Part shown: positions 37,342 through 47,014 of the stretch, one piece after another
Layout of the letters: every line of letters begins with the position of its first letter
Numbering within the stretch: position 1 is the first letter of the stretch
IMG/VR virus record: IMGVR_UViG_3300043570_001980
Coordinates: 277,991 to 341,990 of that record
Reading direction: 5' to 3' (one strand)
DNA length: 64,000 nucleotides
Program-made: the position numbers and the translations under genes
The notes under the pieces: model-generated
Seen by the model: the letters and a program-made list of their open reading frames with translations, nothing else
Databases searched by the model: none
What the model was told of the DNA's origin: nothing

Positions 37342-37344
37342 TTA

Positions 37345-37770
37345 ATGTGGCCTGTAAAATTTGAGGACCGTTTAGTACAATGGTCCATTCTTCGAGAAGA
37401 GGCTAAGAATCTTAGCCTTGAATCATCTTTAAACAAAATAAACCATTGGTGGCAACAAACACCTTGGTCTCCGTACCACCTACATTGGGACGATCTGGAA
37501 ACATGGCCAAATCCCTGGGAACTTTTGTCAGATAATCTGTTCTGTGATCTTGCAAGATCACTAGGAATAGTGTATACTACTATGATGATAGACCATCCAG
37601 ATATTGACAAAATTGAATTGGCCAGTTGTGACGAGACTAATTTAGTCCTGATCAACCAAGGGAAATATATACTGAATTGGTCCCCGGAAGAGTTGTTAAA
37701 TATCTCTACCGCAAACATCAAAATTAAAAAAACGCTTGACAGCGAAAAAGTACGCTATTTAATAGGTTAA
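37345..37770 (+). CDS. Transglutaminase-like cysteine-peptidase fold protein, probably degenerate
   Basis: LNKINHW..WPNPWELL...FCD resembles the BTLCP/LapG core. Confidence 0.45.
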   Translation: MWPVKFEDRLVQWSILREEAKNLSLESSLNKINHWWQQTPWSPYHLHWDDLETWPNPWELLSDNLFCDLARSLGIVYTTMMIDHPDIDKIELASCDETNLVLINQGKYILNWSPEELLNISTANIKIKKTLDSEKVRYLIG

Positions 37771-37773
37771 ACA

Positions 37774-40092
37774 ATGACACAAATACAAGTAACAAAAAGA
37801 GATGGTAATCGAGAACCACTCAATCTCGAAAAAATGCATAAAGTAGTTTTTTGGGCCACAGAAGGAATCACAGGAGTCAGTGCTAGTGAATTAGAAATCA
37901 AAAGCCATTTACAGTTTTACAACGGAATCCCAACTGCAAGCATTCAAGAAACTCTAATAAAAAGTGCCGCTGATCTAATCAGTGAAGAAACTCCAAATTA
38001 TCAATATGTTGCTGGTCGGTTAATCAACTATCACTTGCGTAAAGAAGTCTATGGCAAATATGAACCATGTGATCTTTTTCAGTTGGTAGAACAAAATGTA
38101 GCTCGTGGGTTTTATGATCATGAGCTACTAGCTGATTATAGTTCAGAAGAGTGGGAACGTTTAAATGGACATGTTAAACATGATCGCGACGACCAATTGA
38201 CCTATGCGGCTATGGAACAGTTCCGCGGCAAATATCTTGTACAAAATCGTGTGACCAAAGAGATATTAGAAACACCACAGGTTGCATACATGCTTATTGC
38301 GGCAACATTGTTTAGCAAATATCCCAAAGAAGCACGGATGATGTGGGTTAAGGATTACTACGATGCAATTAGCACACATCAAATTAGTTTGCCTACTCCA
38401 GTAATGGCTGGAGTTAGAACACCGCAACGTCAATTCAGTTCCTGCGTTCTCATTGAAACAGATGATAGCCTAGACAGCATCAACGCTACGACATCTAGTA
38501 TTGTAAAATATGTAAGTCAAAAGGCCGGTATTGGCATCGGCGCCGGACGCATCCGTGCTATTGGTAGTCCCATCCGTAATGGAGATGCTTACCACACTGG
38601 TGTTATTCCCTTTTATAAAATGTTCCAGGCTGGCACACGCAGTTGTAGCCAAGGTGGCGTTCGTAATGGAGCGGCAACATTGTATTATCCAGTATGGCAT
38701 TTAGAAGTTGAAGACCTGTTGGTTCTTAAAAACAACAAAGGCACCGAAGACAATCGTGTTCGACACATGGACTACGGAGTACAGTTCAACAAAGTCATGT
38801 ACGAACGATTACTCAGTGGAGGTGACATCACGTTGTTTAGTCCACACGATGTTCCTGAAATGTTTGATGCGTTTTATGCTGATGTAGATCGTTTCAGAGA
38901 ACTATACGAAACAGCCGAACGTAATACCAAGTTGCGTAAAAAGAAAGTCAAGGCAATTGATCTGTTTACTGCATTCATGCAAGAACGTAAAGATACAGGT
39001 CGTGTGTACTTGCAGAACGTTGACCACGCCAACAGTCACAGCAGTTTCAAACCTGAACTTGCACCAATTAAACAAAGCAATCTTTGCTGTGAAATTGATT
39101 TGCCGACTAAACCTCTTAAAGACATACACGACACCGAAGGCGAAATTGCACTATGTACATTGAGTGCTATCAACTGGGGAGTGTTTAGAGAACCCGAAGA
39201 CATGGAAAAAGCCTGTACACTTGCTGTTCGAGGACTAGACAATTTGTTATCCTATCAAAGTTATCCTATTATTGCTGCCGAACTTGCTACACAAAATCGC
39301 AGACCATTAGGCGTTGGCATTATTAATTTTGCCTACTGGTTAGCAAAAAATGATTTAACCTATACTGACCCAAGGGCATTACCAGTGGTTGACAAATGGG
39401 CACAGTACTGGAGTTATTACCTAATTAAAGCCAGCGCAGATCTTGCCAAGGAAAGAGGAGCATGTCCCAAGAACAATGAAACCAAATACGGTGATGGTAT
39501 TCTTCCAATCGACACATATAAACATGAAGTTGACGAACTAGTCCCGCATGTTGACTATGTTAACTGGGAAGGTCTACGTAGTCAATTACGCGAGCATGGT
39601 ATTCGTAATAGTACACTGATGGCTCTAATGCCAGCAGAGACTAGTGCGCAAATTAGCAACAGTACCAACGGGGTTGAACCACCTCGTAGCTATGTTTCTA
39701 TTAAACAAAGTAAAGATGGTGTGCTCAAGCAGGTTGTACCAGAGTATCGTCGACTAAAAAACAAATATGAACTGCTATGGAGTCAAAAAAGCCCAGAGGG
39801 ATATTTGAAAATTATGGCAGTCCTGCAAAAATATATTGATCAGGGTATTAGCGTTAACACAAGTTACAATCCACAATTTTTCGAAGATGAAAAGATTCCA
39901 ATGAGCGAAATGCTCAAGCATCTTATCATGTTCTTTAAGTATGGTGGCAAACAGCTATACTATTTCAATACATACGATGGTAGCGGAGAAATTGACGCTG
40001 AAAGACTGTCGCAAGGAAAGTCAATACTGTTAGAAAGTGTTGATACTACTGTCGATCAATCTGCGGATGATTGTGACAGTTGCAAGATTTAA
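37774..40092 (+). CDS. nrdA: Class Ia ribonucleotide reductase alpha subunit with ATP cone
   Basis: VTKRDG, QFSSC, SCSQGGVR, QSNLCCEI, MPAETSAQ, LYY, C-terminal CDSC. Confidence 0.98.
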   Translation: MTQIQVTKRDGNREPLNLEKMHKVVFWATEGITGVSASELEIKSHLQFYNGIPTASIQETLIKSAADLISEETPNYQYVAGRLINYHLRKEVYGKYEPCDLFQLVEQNVARGFYDHELLADYSSEEWERLNGHVKHDRDDQLTYAAMEQFRGKYLVQNRVTKEILETPQVAYMLIAATLFSKYPKEARMMWVKDYYDAISTHQISLPTPVMAGVRTPQRQFSSCVLIETDDSLDSINATTSSIVKYVSQKAGIGIGAGRIRAIGSPIRNGDAYHTGVIPFYKMFQAGTRSCSQGGVRNGAATLYYPVWHLEVEDLLVLKNNKGTEDNRVRHMDYGVQFNKVMYERLLSGGDITLFSPHDVPEMFDAFYADVDRFRELYETAERNTKLRKKKVKAIDLFTAFMQERKDTGRVYLQNVDHANSHSSFKPELAPIKQSNLCCEIDLPTKPLKDIHDTEGEIALCTLSAINWGVFREPEDMEKACTLAVRGLDNLLSYQSYPIIAAELATQNRRPLGVGIINFAYWLAKNDLTYTDPRALPVVDKWAQYWSYYLIKASADLAKERGACPKNNETKYGDGILPIDTYKHEVDELVPHVDYVNWEGLRSQLREHGIRNSTLMALMPAETSAQISNSTNGVEPPRSYVSIKQSKDGVLKQVVPEYRRLKNKYELLWSQKSPEGYLKIMAVLQKYIDQGISVNTSYNPQFFEDEKIPMSEMLKHLIMFFKYGGKQLYYFNTYDGSGEIDAERLSQGKSILLESVDTTVDQSADDCDSCKI

Positions 40093-40104
40093 AAGAGAAA
40101 TAAC

Positions 40105-41232
40105 ATGTCAGTATTCAATCCAATAACAACAAAACATCACACGGAAAAATTAGCTTTTCTGGACCCTACTGGACCGGTTAATGTACAACGATACGAAACA
40201 CTAAAGTACAAACAATTTGACAAGTTAACTGACAAACAATTGGGTTTCTTTTGGAGACCCGAAGAAGTTGATGTATTACGAGATGCCAAAGACTTTAAAG
40301 ACTTGACTGATTTTGAACAACATATTTTTACTAGTAATTTAAAACGACAGATCTTATTAGATAGTGTGCAAGGCCGTAGTCCTAATCTTGCTTTTTTACC
40401 ATTGGTATCAATTCCAGAATTAGAAACTTGGATCGAGACCTGGGCATTCAGCGAAACCATTCACAGTCGTAGCTACACTCATATTATTCGAAATGTGTTT
40501 TCGGATCCGAGTACAGTATTTGATGACTTAACCAACGTCGACGAAATCATAGAATGCGCCAAGGATATTAGCAAGTACTATGATGACTGCATTGAAGCAA
40601 GTACTGCGTATCAATATTTAGGTGCAGGAAATCACGTTGTCAATGGCAAAGATATTGTGGTGAATGAATATGAACTTAAGAAAAAACTATGGTTGGCTAT
40701 TAATAGCGTCAATGCATTGGAAGGCATTCGTTTTTATGTTAGTTTTGCTTGTAGTTGGGCATTTGCAGAACTCAAGAAAATGGAAGGCAATGCCAAGATT
40801 ATTAAATTAATTGCCCGCGACGAAAATCTGCACCTGGCATCTACACAAACATTAATTAAAATCCTACCTAAAGATGATCCTGACTTTGCTCGTATTAGAG
40901 AAGAAACCAAAGTTGAATGTGAAAAAATGTTTTTGGCCGCTGCCGCACAAGAAAAATCCTGGGCTCGTTATTTGTTTAAAGATGGGTCAATGATCGGACT
41001 CAATGAAAAACTGTTGTCTGATTATGTGGACTGGTTGACCTGTAAACGTATGACTGCAATAGGATTAGACTGTGGAATAAAAACAGGAAGTAATCCGTTG
41101 CCTTGGACTGCCAAATGGATTGCCGGCGCCGACGTACAAGTGGCACCTCAGGAAACAGAAATTTCTAGTTATATTGTTGGTGGCACAAGACAAGATGTTG
41201 ACTCAAACACATTTACAGGATTGAGTTTATAA
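40105..41232 (+). CDS. nrdB: Ribonucleotide reductase beta subunit
   Basis: [38 protein letters not shown]. Confidence 0.98.
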   Translation: MSVFNPITTKHHTEKLAFLDPTGPVNVQRYETLKYKQFDKLTDKQLGFFWRPEEVDVLRDAKDFKDLTDFEQHIFTSNLKRQILLDSVQGRSPNLAFLPLVSIPELETWIETWAFSETIHSRSYTHIIRNVFSDPSTVFDDLTNVDEIIECAKDISKYYDDCIEASTAYQYLGAGNHVVNGKDIVVNEYELKKKLWLAINSVNALEGIRFYVSFACSWAFAELKKMEGNAKIIKLIARDENLHLASTQTLIKILPKDDPDFARIREETKVECEKMFLAAAAQEKSWARYLFKDGSMIGLNEKLLSDYVDWLTCKRMTAIGLDCGIKTGSNPLPWTAKWIAGADVQVAPQETEISSYIVGGTRQDVDSNTFTGLSL

Positions 41233-41258
41233 AATCAGTTTTAATAAGGAAAACAATA

Positions 41259-41528
41259 ATGATAACAGTATATTCAAAAAATCATTGCCCGTTTTGCGAT
41301 CAAGCAAAAGCACTATTAACAAAATGGGAAATTCCATTTGATGAAGTTAAAATTGACCAAGACACCAGTGCTCGTGAGTTCATTGTCAGTGAAGGACACC
41401 GCACAGTTCCGCAAATTTATAATGGTGACAAATTATTTGTTGATGGTGGCTTTCAAGGTTTAAGTAAGCTTAACGCAGACGAAATTAAAACACGTTTGGG
41501 TATTACTAATAACCTAGGAACATTATGA
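41259..41528 (+). CDS. Glutaredoxin
   Basis: CPFC, RTVPQI, GG motifs. Confidence 0.93.
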   Translation: MITVYSKNHCPFCDQAKALLTKWEIPFDEVKIDQDTSAREFIVSEGHRTVPQIYNGDKLFVDGGFQGLSKLNADEIKTRLGITNNLGTL

Positions 41529-41824
41529 AACCAGAAATTAACGAAACTTATACATTCAAACTTATCACCGGAGAAGAACTAGTTGCAAAAATACTTGAAA
41601 TTCATGCTGATTACATGATTATCAAAGAACCAATTAGTTGCGTACTAAGCCCACAAGGTTTACAAATGATGCCAACTTTGTTTAGTGCAAACAAGGACAA
41701 AGATATGCGACTAAATAATTCTAGTTGGGCAATGATTGCCGAAGCTCGTGAGGATGTTCGTAACAGTTACATTCAGGCTACTACTGGAATTGCGCCAATT
41801 AGCAAGCAAATTATCACAGGCTAA
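41525..41824 (+). CDS. Sm/SH3-like fold phage protein
   Basis: FKLITGEELVAK...Y...TTGI pattern typical of T4-like phages. Confidence 0.6.
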   Translation: MKPEINETYTFKLITGEELVAKILEIHADYMIIKEPISCVLSPQGLQMMPTLFSANKDKDMRLNNSSWAMIAEAREDVRNSYIQATTGIAPISKQIITG

Positions 41825-42039
41825 TGCCTCATTGCTTTAAAATCATGGTTAACGGGAAAGTCGATACCTATCTTAGATACGAAGACATTCCCGAAATTCT
41901 TGATCACGTTATTGAGTTTGACCCGGAGATTCCTCCGCCACCACACAATGACAAAGATCACGATGAAATTGATCTTTGGAAAAGTAGATTTAAAGATCTT
42001 ATGGAGAGAGAACGTGCCAGCAGTAGCAAGAATCGGTGA
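41824..42039 (+). CDS. Hypothetical protein
   Basis: YEDIP..DHVIEF.P..PPPPH motif; TAATG coupling. Confidence 0.6.
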   Translation: MPHCFKIMVNGKVDTYLRYEDIPEILDHVIEFDPEIPPPPHNDKDHDEIDLWKSRFKDLMERERASSSKNR

Positions 42040-42304
42040 TAAATGTGTGGTTGATTGTAGCCCGCCTACTTTAATATCAGGCAGTGGAGATGTAAAAGTA
42101 AACGGCGTTGGCGTTGTGCGCCAAGGAGACAGCACAGACCCACACAAACTTAAAAAGGGCAGATGCCCCATCCACGAATCAAAAGTCACCGGTGGGTCAG
42201 GATCTGTGTTTGTGAACGGTAAACCCATTGCCAGAGTTGGCGACGCCCTTGGTCCAGAATGCACACAAATTAGTCAGGGATCCGGCGATGTATTTGCAGG
42301 ATAA
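42014..42304 (+). CDS. PAAR-repeat baseplate spike tip protein (gp5.4-like)
   Basis: GTG start MPAVARIGD; GSGDVKVNG, GSGSVFVNGKPIARVGD, GSGDVFAG. Confidence 0.9.
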   Translation: MPAVARIGDKCVVDCSPPTLISGSGDVKVNGVGVVRQGDSTDPHKLKKGRCPIHESKVTGGSGSVFVNGKPIARVGDALGPECTQISQGSGDVFAG

Positions 42305-42307
42305 AAA

Positions 42308-44185
42308 ATGGGTCTAAGTCCTACTCAATTGATTGCCAGCGCAGGCCTTACAGAAAATCAAGGCATCACTGTCAGTGGCAATCTAACTTTGAATATTACC
42401 AATTACAACAACGTTGCTGTTGTTAAGCAGTTTATGGGTGTGGTGGCCAATGCCATTGCTGGCAATATTGGCAATGCCACAATAGCAGATCTTCAGACGC
42501 TGGGAGCATCAAACTTTCCTGCTGTTACCAATGCTATTCCATCATCTGCGGCCAATGCATTAGGCAATACCTATACCACTGGGTTCACTGGCTATATCAC
42601 AATGATTGCCAATACAGAAACGGGTAACAGTGATGTCAGCAAGTTCACACAAATTTTTTCTCAGTCACAGGGGTATATTTCACAGGCTAACCAATTCTTA
42701 AAAGCCAACGAAAAATCCAAAACACTTGCAACCACTTTTACCAACATGGATGATCTGACCACTGGTGGATTTTCCAGTGTTAATTCAAATTTGCAAAAGT
42801 TTGGTGAAGATCTGCAAAAGCTTGGCAGCCTGATCAATCTTAAAGACCTTAATAGTCTTGGAAGTCCTGCCGCATTGCTAAAACAGTTTGTAAACGTAGC
42901 AGGACTAACACCTGCTATCCGTGCCATGGCCATTGCTGCCGGTGCCACTGACAGTCAATTAAACAGTATAGCCAAAGTCGAGTTCGCTGAAAATGTAAAC
43001 AAAGCCTTGTACGAAGGCATGACAAAAATCACAGGTGATGCACTATCACAGGTCAACGCTATTATGAAAGTTACCACAAGTAATATTTCAACAATGGCTG
43101 ATTTACTAAATCCTGTCAAAATTTTTCCTACCAGCTTTGGCGGATTTACTGCACCTACTGCCAACGGATTACAAAAAATTTATGTAGACCAGTCAGGCAG
43201 CGTTAATCAACAGTTGGCAACACTACTGCCACAGACATACATTGATCTTTATAACACGTTACAAAAAATTATTCCGCAGGACCAGGCATTGGCCAACAAA
43301 GCACTGGTAGCATCGCTGATGCAGATTAAAGGGATTTTTAATTCCACGCTGGTATCAATGAGCAAAGCAGTTACCAGTCTAGAAACCAACACAGGTCTTG
43401 GAGATATAAATGCTTTAACAACTCCAGTGCCGGCTTCAGTTGGTTCTACATTACAATCACAACTGGGATCAGGAACAGGTCCAGGGAATACTCTTGTATT
43501 AAATGATGTGATTGGCACAGCTGCCGGAGCAGTACAAAATATAGAATTGCCAATTGTGACAGCAACCATGTCAAACCTTGCAACGGCAAATGCATTTTAT
43601 ACTCTGACATTTGACGACGGAAATCCAAATAGTGCTGTCAAACTTGGCGTGTTTACTGTGATGAATTATGTGTTAAACGGCGCCTACAATCAATCTAATC
43701 CAAATCCGTCGCCACCTCCGGCGGAACTGGGAGAAATTATAATACCAGCACCACAGCCTGGTGCAGGAACGTATGGGCCAGCAAACTCTGCTCCAAGTTT
43801 GTATGCTAGTGTTTTTGATGTACTAATCCCAATTGCGGCCAGCGATATTTCAAACATTGCCACAACAAATTCTACCAATGTTGCCATAACAACATCAGCA
43901 TTTGGTAATATGGCAGCTCAGCTGGAAAGAGAAAAAACCAATCAAGCCAAAGCACAGATTGACTTTGCTAACCTACAGCCAAACGCAACATCTTCTGTAC
44001 TGTCGTTTGCATCAAGTCTGGCCTCTTATGGCAAGGATGTAGAGCCCGGTCAGGCCGCAGACTATATCAACAGCGTGGCTGATGTCAGCAACCAAACAGG
44101 ACAGGCAATTATTGCATCCATGCGTGAAGCTAGAAATATCGCCGCTTTAGGTGCTGTCGGTGTCCCCACAGATACCCAATTGTAA
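42308..44185 (+). CDS. Probable baseplate hub/tail structural protein
   Basis: 625 aa, A/N/T/S-rich, directly after PAAR. Confidence 0.55.
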   Translation: MGLSPTQLIASAGLTENQGITVSGNLTLNITNYNNVAVVKQFMGVVANAIAGNIGNATIADLQTLGASNFPAVTNAIPSSAANALGNTYTTGFTGYITMIANTETGNSDVSKFTQIFSQSQGYISQANQFLKANEKSKTLATTFTNMDDLTTGGFSSVNSNLQKFGEDLQKLGSLINLKDLNSLGSPAALLKQFVNVAGLTPAIRAMAIAAGATDSQLNSIAKVEFAENVNKALYEGMTKITGDALSQVNAIMKVTTSNISTMADLLNPVKIFPTSFGGFTAPTANGLQKIYVDQSGSVNQQLATLLPQTYIDLYNTLQKIIPQDQALANKALVASLMQIKGIFNSTLVSMSKAVTSLETNTGLGDINALTTPVPASVGSTLQSQLGSGTGPGNTLVLNDVIGTAAGAVQNIELPIVTATMSNLATANAFYTLTFDDGNPNSAVKLGVFTVMNYVLNGAYNQSNPNPSPPPAELGEIIIPAPQPGAGTYGPANSAPSLYASVFDVLIPIAASDISNIATTNSTNVAITTSAFGNMAAQLEREKTNQAKAQIDFANLQPNATSSVLSFASSLASYGKDVEPGQAADYINSVADVSNQTGQAIIASMREARNIAALGAVGVPTDTQL

Positions 44186-44204
44186 GCGGTTACTAACTTA
44201 GAGG

Positions 44205-44233
44205 TTGACACAAAATTGGAATTATTTTATAAT
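44205..44233 (+). promoter_or_regulatory. Sigma70 promoter
   Basis: Perfect TTGACA-17-TATAAT. Confidence 0.85.
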
Positions 44234-44272
44234 TGCGTTATGTTTAAAACTTTAGAACATGGAGCCTATTAA

Positions 44273-44506
44273 ATGAGCAGACTAGCATTGCACGGTCGTC
44301 CCTGGGTTGTTTTTAACCCCTACAACAAAGAACATCGACAATGGTTTGCCGAGTTCAATCGCACAGCCAAATGGGGCGACTGTCCTGTTCGCTTTGTTGT
44401 CAACGAAGACCATGGTGATTTAATCACACAAATTCAACGAGAACTAATCCAATTTTATGTTGACAAGGAGTTCCGAAATGGCCTGGGTAAAGTTTCAAAA
44501 GGATGA
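44273..44506 (+). CDS. Hypothetical early protein
   Basis: 77 aa, GGAG SD; F.P.NKEHR..WG.CPVRF. Confidence 0.7.
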   Translation: MSRLALHGRPWVVFNPYNKEHRQWFAEFNRTAKWGDCPVRFVVNEDHGDLITQIQRELIQFYVDKEFRNGLGKVSKG

Positions 44507-44678
44507 TCGCTTTTTGCCCCGCAAAGGGTTAGAAGGTCCGTTTCATTATGTCAATGGCAGGGTATTGTACTATGACCCCAAAGCCGGTGAGTACTACGAT
44601 AGTACTACAGATTTCTATGTTCCCCGCGAAGAAATCGACGATCTAAATTCCCAATTATTTCGTTGCTTGTCAACCTAA
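44478..44678 (+). CDS. Hypothetical early protein with OCRE-like aromatic repeats
   Basis: AAGGAG SD; GRVLYYDPKAGEYYDSTTDFY. Confidence 0.65.
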   Translation: MAWVKFQKDDRFLPRKGLEGPFHYVNGRVLYYDPKAGEYYDSTTDFYVPREEIDDLNSQLFRCLST

Positions 44679-44700
44679 AATTGTGGCTTTTTTACAACAA

Positions 44701-44730
44701 AAACCCTAGTAATTCTAGGGTTTTTTCTTT
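44701..44730 (+). terminator. Rho-independent terminator
   Basis: AAACCCTAG-TAATT-CTAGGGTTT followed by a T tract; preceded by TGTGG-N8-CAACA (44682-44699). Confidence 0.85.
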
Positions 44731-44733
44731 TGG

Positions 44734-44762
44734 TTGACCGATAATTTCTCTTTTGCTATAAT
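44734..44762 (+). promoter_or_regulatory. Repeated early promoter, copy 1
   Basis: GGTTGACCGATAATT...TTTGCTATAATACTTGTAT. Confidence 0.88.
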
Positions 44763-44792
44763 ACTTGTATAGTAATTAAAAAGGAGTTAGAG

Positions 44793-45053
44793 ATGAAAGC
44801 ACTTCAAGCATACATTGACCAAAAAAACAAATGGAATGCGATTTTTAATGGTCGTCAATATGAAATCACCACAGCCGCCGGTCGTCAGCAAGTTGCTGAC
44901 AGTTTGGATGCAGATTTAAGTCCAGAGAACTTGACCTGCGATGGCGAACTGCCCCGTAGCCAGGTCCAAGCCCGCTATCGTCAATTGTCTGCCGCGGCAC
45001 GTGAATTGCAGAAATTGGATGCCAGCGTTAAGTTTTACGAGTTTTCGGAGTAA
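44793..45053 (+). CDS. Hypothetical early protein
   Basis: SD AGGAG; LSPENLTCDGE motif. Confidence 0.75.
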   Translation: MKALQAYIDQKNKWNAIFNGRQYEITTAAGRQQVADSLDADLSPENLTCDGELPRSQVQARYRQLSAAARELQKLDASVKFYEFSE

Positions 45054-45057
45054 GATT

Positions 45058-45342
45058 ATGAATGGTTGGGAAAATAGTAGAGGGTATCTCACAACAATGA
45101 AAGCGGAGGCGCATGACCGCAATCCAAATCTCAGCCGTCGTAATGCCAATCCCAAGGTACGACTACAGTTTGACCCCAAGGAGGATATTGGATGTTTCCA
45201 TTGTGGCACTTTTCGCAGTTATAATTTTGAATTTGACAGCAATTATTGTGACCCTTGCAACAAGTGGTTGGAAGGCACATGCAAGGATGCTGACTGTCCC
45301 TTCTGCCCCAAACGTCCCAAGTACCCCAAGTACCCTGGTTGA
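45058..45342 (+). CDS. Cys-rich (Zn-binding) small protein
   Basis: CFHC, CDPC, C...CPFC; stop TGA lies inside the next promoter. Confidence 0.6.
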   Translation: MNGWENSRGYLTTMKAEAHDRNPNLSRRNANPKVRLQFDPKEDIGCFHCGTFRSYNFEFDSNYCDPCNKWLEGTCKDADCPFCPKRPKYPKYPG

Positions 45343-45367
45343 CCGATAATTCCCGTTTTGTTATAAT
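45339..45367 (+). promoter_or_regulatory. Repeated early promoter, copy 2
   Basis: GGTTGACCGATAATTCCC..TTTGTTATAATACTTGTAT. Confidence 0.88.
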
Positions 45368-45400
45368 ACTTGTATTGCAATTAAAAAGGAAGCTACCAAA

Positions 45401-45823
45401 ATGAAACACACTATCCTATTAGACAATGGTACCTACTTGCAGGTCAATGACATGGGCTGGACTGAGCGTAAGACGCCCAGGCAGTACAAGAATCTAGCAG
45501 AAGCCCAACATCATTTACAATGGGGAATTGACATGTGTCATACTAATGTTAAACTTAGGACAGACTACATTGCAACCTATCACAAAGACAAAACTAAATT
45601 TGAAAAGGCTGTGGCCAAAGAACAGTCCCTAATCAAAGAGCTAGAGACACAGCCGTATAACAAGGTAGCAGATCAGATTAAGAAAGCTCACTTTAATATT
45701 GATCAACTCACTGTCAAGTTTTATCCCGAAAGCCGTCTTGCAGATTTTAAACGTGATACCAAATTCCTTGCAAGTGCCAAAAAGGTACTGGCCAACAATC
45801 CCAGGGTCATTCCTTTAGGTTGA
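45401..45823 (+). CDS. Hypothetical early protein
   Basis: 140-aa ORF between two promoter copies. Confidence 0.7.
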   Translation: MKHTILLDNGTYLQVNDMGWTERKTPRQYKNLAEAQHHLQWGIDMCHTNVKLRTDYIATYHKDKTKFEKAVAKEQSLIKELETQPYNKVADQIKKAHFNIDQLTVKFYPESRLADFKRDTKFLASAKKVLANNPRVIPLG

Positions 45824-45848
45824 CCGATAATTCCCAATTTGCTATAAT
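45820..45848 (+). promoter_or_regulatory. Repeated early promoter, copy 3
   Basis: GGTTGACCGATAATTCCC..TTTGCTATAATA. Confidence 0.88.
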
Positions 45849-45879
45849 ATACATATACTGAAACACAAAGGAGCTTGAT

Positions 45880-46356
45880 ATGGGTACTCGTAGTCGCATT
45901 GCAGTTATGCATGGTGATAAATGTAAATCAGTTTACTGTCACTGGGATGGCTATCTCGAACACAATGGTCTTATTCTACAGGAACACTATGACTCAGCAA
46001 AAGCAAACCACCTTGTGGCCCTTGGGGACCTCAGTAGCCTCCGCCAGAACATCGGCGAAAAACATGCCTTCAGTCACTTTGACCTCACGCCAGCGGAACG
46101 TGAGCAATACAAGTTGGACCACGGAGATTCATGCACGTTCTACGGTCGTGACCGCGGAGAAGAAGGCTTCGACTTTGCAGTGGATTTAACCTTTGCCAAG
46201 TTCTTTGAACGTGCCGACGGATGCTGTGCAGAATGGTATTACATTATGCAAGATGGGGTCTGGTATGTGGGTAACACTTACGAGAGTGATACAAAGTTTT
46301 ACAAGAAACTGGTGTTGTTATCAGAAGCCTTGGAAACTGTAAAGGAAACAGCATAA
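45880..46356 (+). CDS. Conserved phage protein (M.TR...YCHWDGY family)
   Basis: MGTRSRI..SVYCHWDGY..LGDLSSL..YGRDRGE..EWYY; SD AGGAG. Confidence 0.75.
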   Translation: MGTRSRIAVMHGDKCKSVYCHWDGYLEHNGLILQEHYDSAKANHLVALGDLSSLRQNIGEKHAFSHFDLTPAEREQYKLDHGDSCTFYGRDRGEEGFDFAVDLTFAKFFERADGCCAEWYYIMQDGVWYVGNTYESDTKFYKKLVLLSEALETVKETA

Positions 46357-46508
46357 TGATTAGAATTATGATTGGGTTATTGATTGCCTTTGGTGCAGTT
46401 GGTGGCATTGAGCACAGTCAAACAGATCTTGATTTATTTTATGCCGCATTGACAGCATCATTTGGTCTAATGATAATGGCATCAGGTGTGTCGTTTGTTA
46501 AGGAATAA
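46356..46508 (+). CDS. Small two-TM membrane protein (50 aa, not in the ORF track)
   Basis: TAATG coupling; MIRIMIGLLIAFGAVGGIE...LTASFGLMIMASGVSFVKE*. Confidence 0.65.
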   Translation: MIRIMIGLLIAFGAVGGIEHSQTDLDLFYAALTASFGLMIMASGVSFVKE

Positions 46509-46514
46509 TTTATA

Positions 46515-47009
46515 ATGAACTGTAGCCCTACACTCACTGCTGAAGAATTCAAGACTATACATAACGCCTTGTGGGAGTTGGATCAGGTCAGAACACAGCT
46601 TGAAGAAGTACTCAAACCTGAACTGTACATCAAGCTGGCCCGTGCCGCAACAGACATTCGCAAAGGTCTTACCAGTGCATACGAACAAGACAGCAAGTCG
46701 TTTGAACTTAAACAAGAGCATTATAGTGATGTTCAAAATCAACTAGGATTGTCAGCTGTCTGGAGTGTCTACGACGCAAACAATCTTGGCGATCGTCATC
46801 CCTTTGAAGGTGTGGATCGTGTGTTATACAAAGACCATTGGGGCGACGACACAGTGAGTTCTGAGATCAATGGACTAACTTGGTCGGCATTGTATGTTGC
46901 GGCCAATGCCTGTATCCGTGACAGCGGTGATGAACATCACATGTTCATTGAAGGTTTTAAAATTGCCAAAGATGATCCACGTACACTTATTCTTTCTACA
47001 GGAAGTTAA
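46515..47009 (+). CDS. Hypothetical protein
   Basis: AAGGA SD; SGDEHHMFIEGF motif. Confidence 0.7.
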   Translation: MNCSPTLTAEEFKTIHNALWELDQVRTQLEEVLKPELYIKLARAATDIRKGLTSAYEQDSKSFELKQEHYSDVQNQLGLSAVWSVYDANNLGDRHPFEGVDRVLYKDHWGDDTVSSEINGLTWSALYVAANACIRDSGDEHHMFIEGFKIAKDDPRTLILSTGS

Positions 47010-47014
47010 ATACT

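Noticed and set aside
37774-41232. Introns, inteins or homing endonucleases in nrdA/nrdB
   Set aside because: Both ORFs are uninterrupted and of normal length
44732-45850. Repeated ~35-bp elements as a CRISPR array
   Set aside because: Spacing is about 480-600 bp with whole genes between, and each repeat is a -35/-10 promoter
47007-47012. TAAATA as the ligase late promoter
   Set aside because: Only 2 nt from the ATG and overlapping the upstream stop codon; likely coincidental unless the real start is further downstream
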